The notes below the pieces were generated by a model, which saw only the letters and a program-made list of their open reading frames with translations, was not told the origin of the DNA and did not search any database. A DNA stretch of 63,009 nucleotides, counting the filler, from Chiloscyllium plagiosum (taxonomy: Eukaryota), in assembly GCF_004010195.1 (NCBI RefSeq). It is 5 parts of one record of this genome, joined end to end, with 100 filler letters (N's around TTAATTAATTAA, not from the genome) between each part and the next. Parts side by side here need not be neighbours in the genome. Positions count along the whole stretch, not along the records: positions 1 to 26,869 come from NC_057716.1; 4 more parts are not named here. The stretch is one strand, 5' to 3'. How positions within the stretch are numbered: the stretch's first letter is position 1; each line of letters begins with the position of its first letter. A program made the position numbers and the translations under genes. Below, piece by piece: positions 1 through 12,107 of this stretch.

Positions 1-945
1 AGGTATAGTTAATAAGTTTGCAGATGACACCAAAATTGGAGTTGTAGTGGATAGTGAAGAATGTTACCTCAGATTACAATGGGATCTTGATCAGATGGGC
101 CAATGGACTGAGAAGTGGCAGATGGAGTTTAATGTAGATAAATGTGAGGTGCTGCATTTTGGGAAAGCAAATCTTAGCAGGACTTATACGCTTAATGGTA
201 AGATCCTAGGGAGTGTTGCTGAACAAAGAGACCTTAGAGTGCAGGTTCATAGCTCCTTGAAAGTAGAGTCACGGGTCGATAGAATAGTGAAGAAGGCTTT
301 TGGTATGCTTTCCTTTATTGGTCAGAGCATTGAGCATAGGAGTTGGGAGGTCATGTTGTGGCTGTACAGGATGTTGGTTAGACCACTTTTGGAATATTGC
401 GTACAATTCTGGTCTCTTTCCTATTGGAAGGATGTTGTGAAACTTGAAAGGGTTGAGAAAAGATTTCTAAGAATGTTGCCAGAGTTGGAGGATTTGAGCT
501 ATAGGGAGAGGCTTAACAGGCAGGGGCTGTTTTCCCTGGAGCGTCGAAGGCTGAAGGGAGACCTCATAGAGGTTTATAAAATATGAGGGGGATGTATAGG
601 ATAAATAGACAGTCTTTTCCCTGGGGTGGAGGAGTCCAGAACTAGAGAGCATAGGTTTAGGGTGAGAGGGGAAAGATATAAAAGGGACCTAAGGGGCAAC
701 TTTTTCATACAGAGGATGATGCGTATATGGAATGAGCTGCCAGAGGAAGTGGTGGTGGCTGGTACAATTGCAACATTTAAAAGGGACCTGGATGGGTATA
801 TGAATAGGAAGGGGTTAGAGGGATATGGCTAATTGCTGGCGGGTGGGATTAGATTGGGTTGGGATATCTGGTCAGCTTGGACGAGTTGGACTGAAGGGTC
901 TGTTTCCGTGCTGTACATCTCCATGGCTCTATGACTGTATGACTA
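1..945 (+). mobile_element. CR1 LINE 3' part (RT C-terminus and 3' UTR)
   Basis: Starts at KFADDTK; ORFs 47-586 and 626-832 (WQMEFNVDKCEVLHFG, LVRPLLEYCVQFWS, RGNFF..R...WN.LP); ends in ctatgactgtatgact tail. Confidence 0.95.
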
Positions 946-1420
946 ATGGTGAGTTAACTGGCCTATAGTTTCTGCTTTCTGCCTTCCTCCTTTTTTGATA
1001 AGGTGTTACATTTGCAATTTTACAATCTGCTGGAACCTTCCAGAATATAAAGAATTATGGCAGAATTTCAATCAATAAACTACTGTCTGTGCCATCATTT
1101 ATTTAAATACCCTGAAATACAGATCATCTAGTCCTGGGGACTTGTCAGCCTGTGGGTCCAATACTTTTTCTAACACCTTTTCCCTGGTGATGGTAATTGT
1201 TTTAAGTTCTTTTCTCTCTATCTCCTCTTGATTTTTAATAGTCTTTGGGAAATTTCAAAAATCATTCCTTCCATTAACCTTCTCTGTTACTTCAAACAAT
1301 TTAATGACCTGCCTTTTACTAATCCATGCTGTCTTTCCCTAATTAACTTAAACCTCTGCAAATCCCTATGAATGTTTTCCATTTCTATTGTTTCTAAAAC
1401 CTTACCCATCGAGCATCCTA
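946..1420 (-). mobile_element. Old decayed CR1 RT fragments
   Basis: Minus strand gives DKSPG.D, KKGGRQKA..YRPV (946-1240) and GKVLE...LIRERQHGLVKGRS (1260-1420), with stops and frameshifts. Confidence 0.75.
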
Positions 1421-4400
1421 AAATGAAAAAGTTGACATGCAAATATATCTGAAACCAAGAATGAAACCCACAGAATTTTGATTCAAGGCACGACATAGCA
1501 ACTATCTGAACCATGCTATAAAACTCCAATGGAGAACAAATAACTAAAATAAACTTGAAAAAATATGGTTACTATATTTTCTGTGAGCAGAAAATGACAC
1601 ATAAGATGTAAATAAGTTGGCTATTGTCTCAATGTTTACAATTATTGGAAACTAAAGCAAGTTCTTCAGAGATGTCTTATTATTTTGATGAATGAAACTA
1701 GTTACTCCCAGAAAGTTTTTCTGTTAATGATATTTTTTGACCTCACAGGTCAAATTCTGTCACATGTAGCAAATGAATAACTATTTTAAAAATATTTTAA
1801 TGTCCACTAACAGCTTAATGTTCACAGTGAAAATAAATGGCTGTGTCCTTCTCTTGTTCTTTGATCTATCAAGGGTTAGATCTGATTCAAACCATCTGGT
1901 AAGACAGCCACTGTGTAGTGTTTTGAAACAGCCATTTAAGCTTCCCTGGAGTCATTGCTACTGATGCAGAAATAAACAAATCACATCTGCTAATACTCAT
2001 CAACTTTGTTAGATGTATTGACAAATTGTTTCCTACATGTCGTATTTGAAAAGTAAAATATAGATGCTGTATTAAAATGTACAAAAAGGACTCAACCCTT
2101 GTCAATTTAGAAAGTTACCAGTTAAGGCAGGGAGATTGGATTTGAATCTGATGTGTCTCTGTTTTTGGGAGGGATTCAGAGGTGCTGCTTGATTTAGTAA
2201 AACTTCCTTTGGGATACTTCTGAAAGTTTTGTTTTCTGCTGAATAGTATGATATTCAGTACAATGGATATTTCTGAGAAACCAAACCTCCTGATATTTCC
2301 ATCCAGAAGCATATTGCCCCATCACCTTCCTCTTTTCCTGTTAAAAATACTTCTTGATGGATTCGTGGTAGTTTTATTTTAAATTATGGATCAATGGCAA
2401 GATCCTGGCATTCCACAGAGGGAACACTATCTCCACAAGGATGGCAGTGGTTCAAGTTAAAGGGCAACCAATGATGAACAATAAATGTGTAGCCTTTTCA
2501 GTACTCCCTACCTCCTAACAGATATTTAATATCATCTTATCTAGCTCAAGCTACCTGTATACACTCTTGCTCACCTTTCACATAGTGTTCATTTCTGTTT
2601 ACCAACACAGTTAATTATCCTCACTGTTCAGTTCAACTAAACATCTGCTGAAAGGGATTGTGGGTAACTGCTGCCAGACCTATTCCCAATGCCTGTCTGA
2701 CCATATTTCAGGATGTAGGAATTACTGCTTAACCACGATTATTTTAACCCTTCATTTGACTTCACTTTTCTCAAGAAGAAGGGAAAGATTAGAAAATTAA
2801 AGTAAGCATAAATGGTTATAAAAAAACGTAAATGTGTTTGGTAATGTTTACTTCAGAAGATTAATGGATATAAAAATGGTTGTACGTATCACAATGTCTC
2901 AATAGTAACTCTACACACTGCCTGACTTTCTCTTTTGGCACATTTGCACTTGGTCCCAAGTGAATATCACTTCCTTATAAGTCTTAATGTGAAAAATTGC
3001 TTAAATCTTACTTAGATATTTTTTCCTAAATTTACTGCTTTTAAATAAAATGCGTCTCCTTATTCATATTAAAAATTCCCATCATGATTTAAACCATTGT
3101 ACCAATTTCTACATAGTGACAGACATTTGTGTATATAGCAGATGTGGGCTATACATAACTGTCAAACTGCAACACTTCATGTTTATAGTTTAGTGGAAGC
3201 ATATGAATAACAATTTTCACAAGACGTGGGTCAACATTTGAGGGGTAAAATGGGGTCAGAAATGAAAAAGATTAATTTATTAGCTCTTTAAAAGAACTTC
3301 CACAGGCATGTTGGTCCAAATGGTGTTTTGCTGTACTGTATCATTCAAGAAAGTGAATTCACATTCTGAAAAATATTTAATTCTCTAATTTAGCAATACT
3401 ATATTTTTGAGAAATGTCTAATGCAAAATCCAAAAGTTACTTAAAATGATGAATATTATAGCTCATTACAATAATTAAATTTTCACTTTCTACAATGGCT
3501 GGTATACAATTATAGCCTTAAAACTCAAGTTGTTAAAAACAGTCTTTTCATCTCTCACAGATAATAATTTGTGTTCCCTTCACTACTGCAGAAAGTAGCT
3601 GCAATGCCGGTGACTACAGCCACTGTTATATTTAGAATAGACAGCTCTATCAAAGTGATGAAACATATGACCTCCATGAACTGCTTTCAGAAAATCTGAC
3701 GATAAAAACATAAATGGAGCTTGATGATTGCTTGTGTGATTCAAGAAAATGTGGTCCTCAGAAGCTGGAAAGAATATTATATACAGGAAGTGCTACGCTA
3801 ATGGCAGGAGAACTATGTTTTGTATTCATAGCACTCTACACTCTGACATTGAATGATCTCTCCTTAGCAAAGAATTTGTTCTGTTGAGTGGAATCTTTTA
3901 GGGGTCTGACTGACAAGGGCTTTGGCAAGATTTGTGGCAGAATTGATGTTGAAATCATCTCACCCCACCTTTAACTTTTCTCACAAACAACATAGTGAAA
4001 TTCTTGCCGGGAAGAGGTGAGTTGCCAATTGATGGCGATTAATGCTTGTTAAGGTCTGTGTTGAAGGCCTAACTTGCCTCACTCATTTTCTGGTTGCAAT
4101 ATATCAAACTCGCCCAACAAACTAGAGTTGGAAAAATCTAATATGGAAACTAGAGTGGGTTTGTGGTGGGTTGAGCTCACTGCTTGCTTCAAACAACCTC
4201 CATGTTGAAGACTGTTCTCTTTACCCACTCTAACTTGTGTTCCTTCCAACTTTCTGAAAACTGTTCTCTGAGTTCTGACATTTTTATCAAACTTTCTGAC
4301 CAGTGTGATGCTGTTGTTGTCTGGCAAACTGACCTTTAACTTGCAAAAGCCGAACATCGATCTCTGAGATATCCTCTTACCTCCTTCTGGACCATGACTC

Positions 4401-4952
4401 CACCACCATCAAGCATTAAGCCATTGATTCAAGGACAATCACTGATCTCATTTCCTCTGTAGTGTCATAGAGTCATAGTAAAGCTGGAGAAAGCAGAGAA
4501 GCAATGCACAGGACTGAGGGTGGTATGAAAGTCACTGATTTTTCCTCCATAGCTTCCCATTTCATCATTCCCTATTTTCATACATATTGCTACAACCTCC
4601 TTGCTTAAAAACATGAACCGGACTGCCTTGGGAGACCTATTGGTTCTGCTTATTTCAGCCCCACTGAACTTATTTCTTCTTACCTTGACTCTATTTCATC
4701 TTTGTCCAATCTCTCCTTACTTATATTCATGACCCTTCTGATACTCCCTGTCACTTTGATAATTTGTAATTTCCTAGCCCTAATGGTCATCTCTTTTTCA
4801 TGTATATCCAGTACCTCTAAACCTCTATTCTCCACCAGGGTGGTCTGAGGGCTCCATGTGTCTCCCTCAAACTGAGCTAATCAGTTTCAATTGACCACCA
4901 CCTTCCTCCACCCAATTGAACTTGATTTCTCTTTGAATAATTTCTGCTTTAA

Positions 4953-5562
4953 GTCATTGGAGTAGAGGAGTTGGGATGTCATGTTGAGGCTGTACAGGAC
5001 ATTGGTTAGACCACTTTTGGAATATTGAATTAAGTTCTGTTTCCCCCTGCTATAGGAAAGATGTTGTTAAACTTGAAGGGGTGCAGAAAAGATTTACAAG
5101 GATGTTGCCAGGATTGGAGAATTTGAGCTAGAAAGAGAGGCTGAATAGGCTCGGGCTATTTTCTTTGGATCATTGGAGGCAGAGGGGTGACCTTATAGAG
5201 GTTTATAAAATCATGAGGGGCATGGAAAGGGTGAATAGACAAGGTTTTGTTTCTTAGTATAGGGGAATCCAAAGCCAGAGGGCATAGGTTTAAGGTAAGG
5301 GTGAAAGATTTAAAAGGAACCTAAGGGGCAACTTTTTCATACAGAGGGTAGTGCATGTCTGGAATGAACTGCAAGAAAATGTGGTGGCGGCAGGTACAAT
5401 TACAACATTTAAAAGGCATCTGGATGGTTACATGAATAGGAAGCATTTAGAGGAATATAAGCGAAATGCTGGTAAATGGGACTAGATTGATTTAGGATAA
5501 CTGTTCAGCATGGACAAGTTTGATTGAAATGTCTGTTTCCATGCTGTACAACTCTATGACTC
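4953..5562 (+). mobile_element. CR1 LINE 3' fragment nested in a PLE
   Basis: Near-identical to 330-945; ends ctctatgactct. Confidence 0.93.
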
Positions 5563-6755
5563 TGCAATTCAATTTCATGTTCTCCAAATAAAAGGTGTCC
5601 CTTTCTGTAATCACATTGGTGCTGGCTATGTCTACCTTTTGTTGTAGGATATGTCAATCATTTCTTATTATGTCCATATTCAGGTCGCTGCCCTTAACTC
5701 TTTTCCTGGTACGTTGCTGATTGCATTGGTGCCATGTTGTGCCTTTATCATGAATCTGAGAACTTCAGTTTTCCTTTCTAATTCTTTTTTTCTCTTAATT
5801 TCACGTTGTTACTCCCTTCCATTCCCCATCCTCTCCCATCTCCATTTCTGGTGCTAGATCGTCAACTGGTAGTTTTATAAGCCCACAACTACACTTCTTC
5901 ACACTGCACACCATTACACTTTCTAGGTTCCTCCATCTCCGTCGTATCAGTTCTGATAATTCAATTTTTCACAACAAAGCTTCAGATATTTGTTCTGTTC
6001 ATTTGAAGATTCTCTCCCATTATGGGTGACAGAGACTTTGGTCCACATTTCCTGCACTTCTACTCTCACCCTTTCCCCTCACTAACATATTTAAGGTGTG
6101 GTTTCCCATGTCCTCAATCAATCATTTCCTACCATTTCTGCCACCTCCAACACCTCCATCATCAAGCACAACCTTGCCTTCCCTTACTTTTTTTAGCATT
6201 CTGATCTGGTTCACTTCCCAGTCCACCTCCAGCACGTCTTCCCCTTCTTTACCAAATAAATACAGGAGATCTAACACCTGCACTTTTCCCTTCTTTCTCC
6301 CCATTGTCCAAGACCCCAAACGCTCCTTTCAAGTGAAGCATCCAAGTGTTCACCTGTGAGTTTTATCTGCTGCACTGGCTGTTCACAATGTCGTCTCCTC
6401 TACATCAGGGTGACCAAACACAGATTGGGTGACCACTTGTGTCACATGTCCATTCAGTCCATGAGCATGATCCTGAACTCTGGTGCCCTGTCATTTTAAT
6501 TCTCAACCCTGTTCTCACACTGATATCTCTGTCATTAGCCTGTTGCACTGTTCTGGTGAATCTTAATGTAAGCATGAGGAATGGTACCTCCTCTTCCAAT
6601 TAGGTCTTTTTTAATAGATTTCCAAACTTAACATTGAGTTCAACAAATTCAGGCCATAAACTTTCTTTTCCCATGTTCTTCCTTTTTTATTGCATGTTTC
6701 ATGTATTCCCTTGTTTGTTTTTGCTTTCTGTCGACAGCACACCTGCCCTAGCTAC

Positions 6756-7610
6756 TGTTACAATCCAAACTGATGCTATGACTGGACAAATCAGATCCCA
6801 GAATGAAATCTGGCTTAATTCATATTTTGATTTAAATTATGTCGCAATTGTCCACTGAAAGACGAGCATACAAGGCTTCAGTGTTTTCTTAACAACAGAA
6901 CAGAAGTTCATTGCATAAAAAGGAAAATGATAAATTAAAACAAACAAAGCCATCTAGATATGGAACACAGTTCAAAAGATGATAACACAAAGCACAAAAG
7001 TCTTATCAATTCCCCAACACCATTACTTTGCAGCTCCAAATCCAAAGAGATTACCTCTCCAACTCAAATCTTTAAATTTGACTCAAAAGATTCACTCCAA
7101 TTCTTCTCTGTGAACTGTGAAGTCTGCTTAAAGTTTAGGCTTCCTCAGTCTTTTAACAGTCTGCTGAGTTCAAATGAAATGCTCTTGGATTGAAAGTTAC
7201 TCAAAGGAGATGTCCACTGAGGTAACTTATTTCGTGACCTGTTCTACACACCTTTCTGTGAGAAAAATTAAACTGTGCTTTTGACTTCAGTCAGGTCGCC
7301 TCGTAACTGCTTAAAAGCTTTCAACTCTGGGTTTCCTAAGCCAAAATCAATTCCTGATTATCTTAAATTAAAATCAAGCAAATGCTCCTTGATGTCTTTA
7401 CTCTTGGTCATAAACCAGGCACAATAGAAGCCACCTTCCATTAACACTCTAGGAGTTCCTGTTCCCTGAGACATACTGGATTATGCCATGATTCTGGAAA
7501 TGTTGACTGACCTAATTATTTATACAACCCTTTGCAAAAGTAACCAAAACCCACATGCCATCATGTTTGATATCCAAATTCTAAAAATGATTATGTACAT
7601 ACTTATGACA
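6756..7610. mobile_element. Putative solo LTR
   Basis: TGTTA...TGACA termini, near-TSD ctac/cttc, interrupts a PLE. Its start (ggacaaatcagatcccagaatgaaatctggctt) recurs at ~15958 (ggacaagtcaaatcccagacagaaacctggctt). Confidence 0.45.
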
Positions 7611-9957
7611 CTTCTTTCATCACAGCACAACTCGTGTTTCTTTATTTGGCCCAGCACCATTCTCTTTGTCTCAGTATGCCTAACTTTTCTATTAGTTAAT
7701 TTCCCCTATCTTCTACCCCATCACAGACCTTTCTTTGTACTATTCCCACCCACCTCCTTGTCAAAACCTATTACAAGACTCTAACTTCTGATGAAAAACC
7801 ATCAACCTAAAATGATAATTTTGTTTCTCTCTCCAATGATGCTGTCTTGACCTGCTGAGTATTTCCAACAGTTTCCGTTTGCTTTTCCTAAAAGACCAGT
7901 CACCACAGTATTCTTCTTTTCCATGGTTGAATAATTTGCCAACCCTCAAGCCTTGCACATGAAGAATGGTCCTTTGGGTGATGAATCAGAGGGCAGCATT
8001 GCCTGAATGAGGAATGTTTGTTTCCTTGTGTAGAACAAAGGGAGGAATGAAGTGACAGAAATATTTACACTTATATGCAGATGCACATGGTATGTTTATT
8101 CATATACAGTTTTAAAAACAAATTGTAGTTATACTTTAATTTTAAAAGCTCTTACTGAAATGCAAAACTTCAGTGTTACTGGTAGCAAGGGATCAGAATT
8201 GAGGTACTCAGATGACAAAACATTTTCTTTCCCTCACTGCATTTCTTACTTCTATCTTAAAGCATAACCTCCTTGCTGTGATATACTTCTATATACTAGT
8301 TGACTTGTAGTACCTTATGGCTGGTCAGTACTATTCAACCTTAAAGAGCTTGTTACTAGGCCATTCAACTATCAGTGCCTATACTGTGCCTACCTGACAG
8401 GTACATATGTCCAGTTTCCTTAGTAACAAGGTGCAGAAATCCTGTTTGATTTCCTCCTCCCTATTGCAGGACTATTGAGACAAATTGCCATGTTGCCTCT
8501 GGCTTAATCAGCTGAGGTCACGATGGCCCAAAATTTAATGTCTCTGCTACTTAGTGTTATCTGGGAGCACTGCGGTAATTGTTGACTTTTTTTATCTGCC
8601 ACAACCTCTTTTGGAATATGGTATATGTTGCCATATCTTATGTCTCTAATGTTTCAGCATGCAATAGAAAATTCCCCTTACAGTGACAAATGTGAACTAA
8701 ATGTTGCATTCATTTGGCTATGAATAAGTGTTAGGCTTCAGTATCCATTTCTTAACTACCTAACATTCCTTAGAATTATCGCGATTTTTACTTTTATTTG
8801 CATGCAAATTATAATCAATTAATTGATAATACTGTCACCAACAATAAAACAAAATAAGAAATGAAGGGACACATTATGTGTAATTTGTAGGACAATGAAG
8901 TAAGTCTGGGTGACTGCAAAAAAAAGTAACTCAAAAAGTCTTTCTTAACCATTTTTGTACTGCAGTATCTAGCACACACACACTGCCAAACAATGAGACA
9001 TGCTGTGACACAGTACATGGAATTCCAGGGCTTGCCTGCACTATGGCTCAATCCTTTGGATTTTTACTTGCATGATTCCTATTCTTGAACAGTGGAAAAT
9101 CTAATGCCAGCAGGTATTCAGAGGATGCAGTTCATCATGGATTATATTGAACAGTGGGTGGGAAATCGACATAGATAACCATTTTGTTCCTGGAACAAAA
9201 TGACAATAAACGTGTTTTCAATAGCCAATGAAATTTTCAGTACTATCTGGCAATTCCTGACCATCAAATTCAGGGTGTAAAAGTTCTTCTGCCTATTTAA
9301 CTCTGGTCATCTTCTTTCAGGTTTTCTTTTTTTATTACACTCTATACATATCAATCAAATTTGAATAGTAGGTGCGAAAATGTTGCTTCATCCTCCTGAA
9401 GTGATTGATAAGTGGTCAAAGTTTCAAGGACAAATCATTTTGGTGTCAGAAAAAGAGTCGACATCTCTGTTAAAGAAAACCAGTGCAAAGAAAATTCCAA
9501 ATATTTGTTCACAGCATGTGTTTCCCTTGCAAACATTATTATTTACATTGGGATTATTACAGGGTCCAAAGAATAATTCATGTGGATACACGAGAATAAG
9601 AAAAAACTCTGATCCTGCCCAGGCAGTTCAGTTCAGTGAAAACCATAACCCTGCGCAATTAAACACATAAACATTGCACATATTGTAACCGAAATCTGCT
9701 TGAACAGATTTGTCTTATCTTCAGTGGATTGAGGAACAGAGTTCAGTACATCTCCCAGTAATAAAAGGAAAAGTAGCAGCACTTTATTAAGCTTTCAGTT
9801 CACCATTTTCTTCTTTAAAAATCCATTATTCCCAACATAGACTCCATAATCCAAAGATAAATCTCATTATTATTGTTCTGGTTTGTTTAAGCAAGAGAGA
9901 ACAGATAAAAATATGAAAAGATCATCCACTGGATGTGTCAGAAAGTGTCATTGGGTA

Positions 9958-10753
9958 AGAGAGATGTGCAGCGCAGAAACAGAACCTTTGGTTCAACTTG
10001 TCCATGCCAACCAGATATCCCAACCTAAATTTAGTCCCATTTGCCAGCACTTGGCCCATATCTCTCTAAATCCTTCTTATTCATATACCCATTTAGATGC
10101 CTTTTAAATTTTGTAATTGTACCAGCCTCCACCACTTCCTCTGATAGCTCATTCCATACATGCTCCATCCCCTGCATAAAAAAGTTGCCCCTTAGGTCCC
10201 CTTTAAATTTTTCCCCTCTCACCCTCAACCTATGCCCTCTAGTTCTGGACTCTCCCACCCTAAGGAAATGATTTTGTCTATTTATCCTATCCATACCCCT
10301 CATGATTTTATAAACCTCTATAAGGTTACCCCTCAGCCTCTGATACTACAGGGAAAACAGCCCCAGCCTGTTCTACCTCTTCCTATAGCTCAAATCCTCC
10401 AACCCTGGCAACATCCTTATAAATCTTTTCTGAACCCTTTCAAGTTTCATAACATCCTTCCAATAGGAGGGAGACCAGAATTGTACACAATATTCAAAAG
10501 GTGGCCTAACCAATGTCCTAAAAAGCCACAACATGGCCTCCCTACTGCTATACTCAATGCCCTGACCAATGAAGGAAAGCATACCAAACGCCTTCTTCAC
10601 TATCACATCTACCTGCGACTCCACTTTCAAGGAACTCTGAACCTGCACTCCAAGGTCTCTTTGTTCAGCAACACTCCTCAGGACCTTACCATTAAGTATC
10701 TAAGTCCTGCTGTGATATGCCTTTACAAAATGTAGCACCTCACATTTATCTAG
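9958..10753 (-). mobile_element. CR1 LINE 3' fragment
   Basis: Minus ORFs 10373-10648 and 10031-10303 encode the CR1 RT C-terminus; 3' UTR at 9960-10030. Confidence 0.95.
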
Positions 10754-10917
10754 ATCAATAATGTGGTGGACCTTGCTTTCTATATTGGATGTGATTCAAG
10801 GAAAGTATTATCTGCTGAAATTAATAAATAGTTCTCAGATAAAATAAGGTTTGGCACATGATATTTTTGGCATGACTTTCACCTTGGGTCAAACTCGCCC
10901 AATATCATCAGGTAGAA

Positions 10918-11222
10918 GGGTGGGGTGGCAGTGGTTCAGTGGTTAGCACTGCAGCCTCACAGCACTAGGGTCCCAGGTTCAATTCCAGCCTTGGGCGTCT
11001 GTCTGTGTGGAGTTTGCACATTCTCCCTGTGTCTGCGTGGGTTTCTTCCTGGTGCTCCAGTTTCCTCCCATAGTTCAAAGATGTGCAGGTCAGATGAATG
11101 GGCCATGCTAAATTGTCCATAGTGTTAGGTGTATTAGTCAGAGGGAAATGGGTCTGGGTGGGTTACTCTTTGGAGGGTTGGTGTGGACTGGTTGGGCTGA
11201 AGGGCCTGTTTCCACACTGTAG
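10918..11222 (+). mobile_element. HE1-type tRNA-derived V-SINE
   Basis: tRNA head (cagtggttagcactg...ggttcaattcc), V-domain tgtgtggagtttgcacattctcc..gtgtctgcgtgggtttc, CR1-like tail gaagggcctgtttccacactgta. Confidence 0.9.
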
Positions 11223-11504
11223 GGTTTGGCTTCATTTACATTCAACTGGCAAGCTGCCAGAAGGTTCCAAACACTGATATGCATCCCACTACTTTAGGAG
11301 GTTCAAAAATTCAGTGTGGCATTGAAGTGGCAAAGATCAAAATTAAGGCTGTCCTATTCAGAGATCTGGTGGAAACCATAACTGAAAGAGTTAGGATAAT
11401 AAGGGAAGTGCAGAGACAGCACCAGCTATCCTCATTGTTCTGCTGAAATAAAGTCAAATAAAATATAAAGTGGAACAGTTCCACTCACTTGAGTGGTATG
11501 GGCA

Positions 11505-11878
11505 ACAGTGAGAAAGTTGATAATGTCACTAGACCAATAATCCAGAGATGTAGGATAATGTTCTGGGATATGGATTCAATTCCCATCAGAACAGATGGTG
11601 AAATTTGAAATTTAAAGATTTGGAATTAAAAACTAGTCTAATGACGATGATTGAGCGATTGTCATTTAAAAAAGTTGCTTTACTAATGTCCTGTAGGAAA
11701 TCTGCTGCCCTTACCATACCTGGTCTGCCCTACAAGTGACTCCAGACCCACAGCAATATGTTTGACTCTTGATTGCCCTCTGAACAGCCAAGAGAACCAA
11801 TCAGTTCAAGTGCAATTAGAAATGGGCAGCAAATCCAGTCCTTTCTAGCACGCATTATTCTAAACAAGAATAAAAAGT
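11505..11878 (+). mobile_element. tRNA-headed SINE, second family (LINE-derived 3' tail)
   Basis: Body ggaaatctgctgcccttacc...gtgactccagacccacagcaatatgtttgactctt; related copies at 19375-19495 (-), 58225-58447 (+) and 58700-59057 (-). Confidence 0.75.
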
Positions 11879-11884
11879 AATTTA

Positions 11885-12095
11885 TCTTCATGTTCATTGA
11901 ATGGGTAGGGAACCTATGGAATACTTTGCTACAGAAATCTGTATAACTAGACACATTTAAAGAAGAAGTAGATAGATTTCTTGAGACTAATGATCTCAAA
12001 TGGTTTGTGGAGAGAATAGGAATATGACACTGAGATACAGGCTCAGCTATGATCATGTTGAATGGCCTACTCCTGCTCCTCATTGCCAGGTTTCT
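11885..12095 (+). mobile_element. Old CR1 3' tail
   Basis: WN.L...FK.E.DRFL remnant followed by aatggcctactcctgctcct terminus. Confidence 0.65.
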
Positions 12096-12107
12096 ATGGA
12101 CATTGTT

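Larger units (their letters stand above)
4340..7890 (+). mobile_element. Decayed Penelope-like element (RT, GIY-YIG, terminal repeat), interrupted by a CR1 (4953-5562) and a putative solo LTR (6756-7610)
   Basis: Remnants of GRPI..A...PTELISSYLDSI (~4630-4700), LF.M.IQ.L.TSI.HQ.GL.AL (~4790-4860), LQIKGV (~5580) and a GIY-YIG region (~6330-6600); PLE terminus tgatgctgtcttgacctgctgagtatttcc at ~7840-7870. Confidence 0.8.

Noticed and set aside
2118..2338. Minus-strand segment with good acceptor and donor sites
   Set aside because: Stops in all three frames and no recognisable protein; a non-coding exon cannot be supported from sequence alone.
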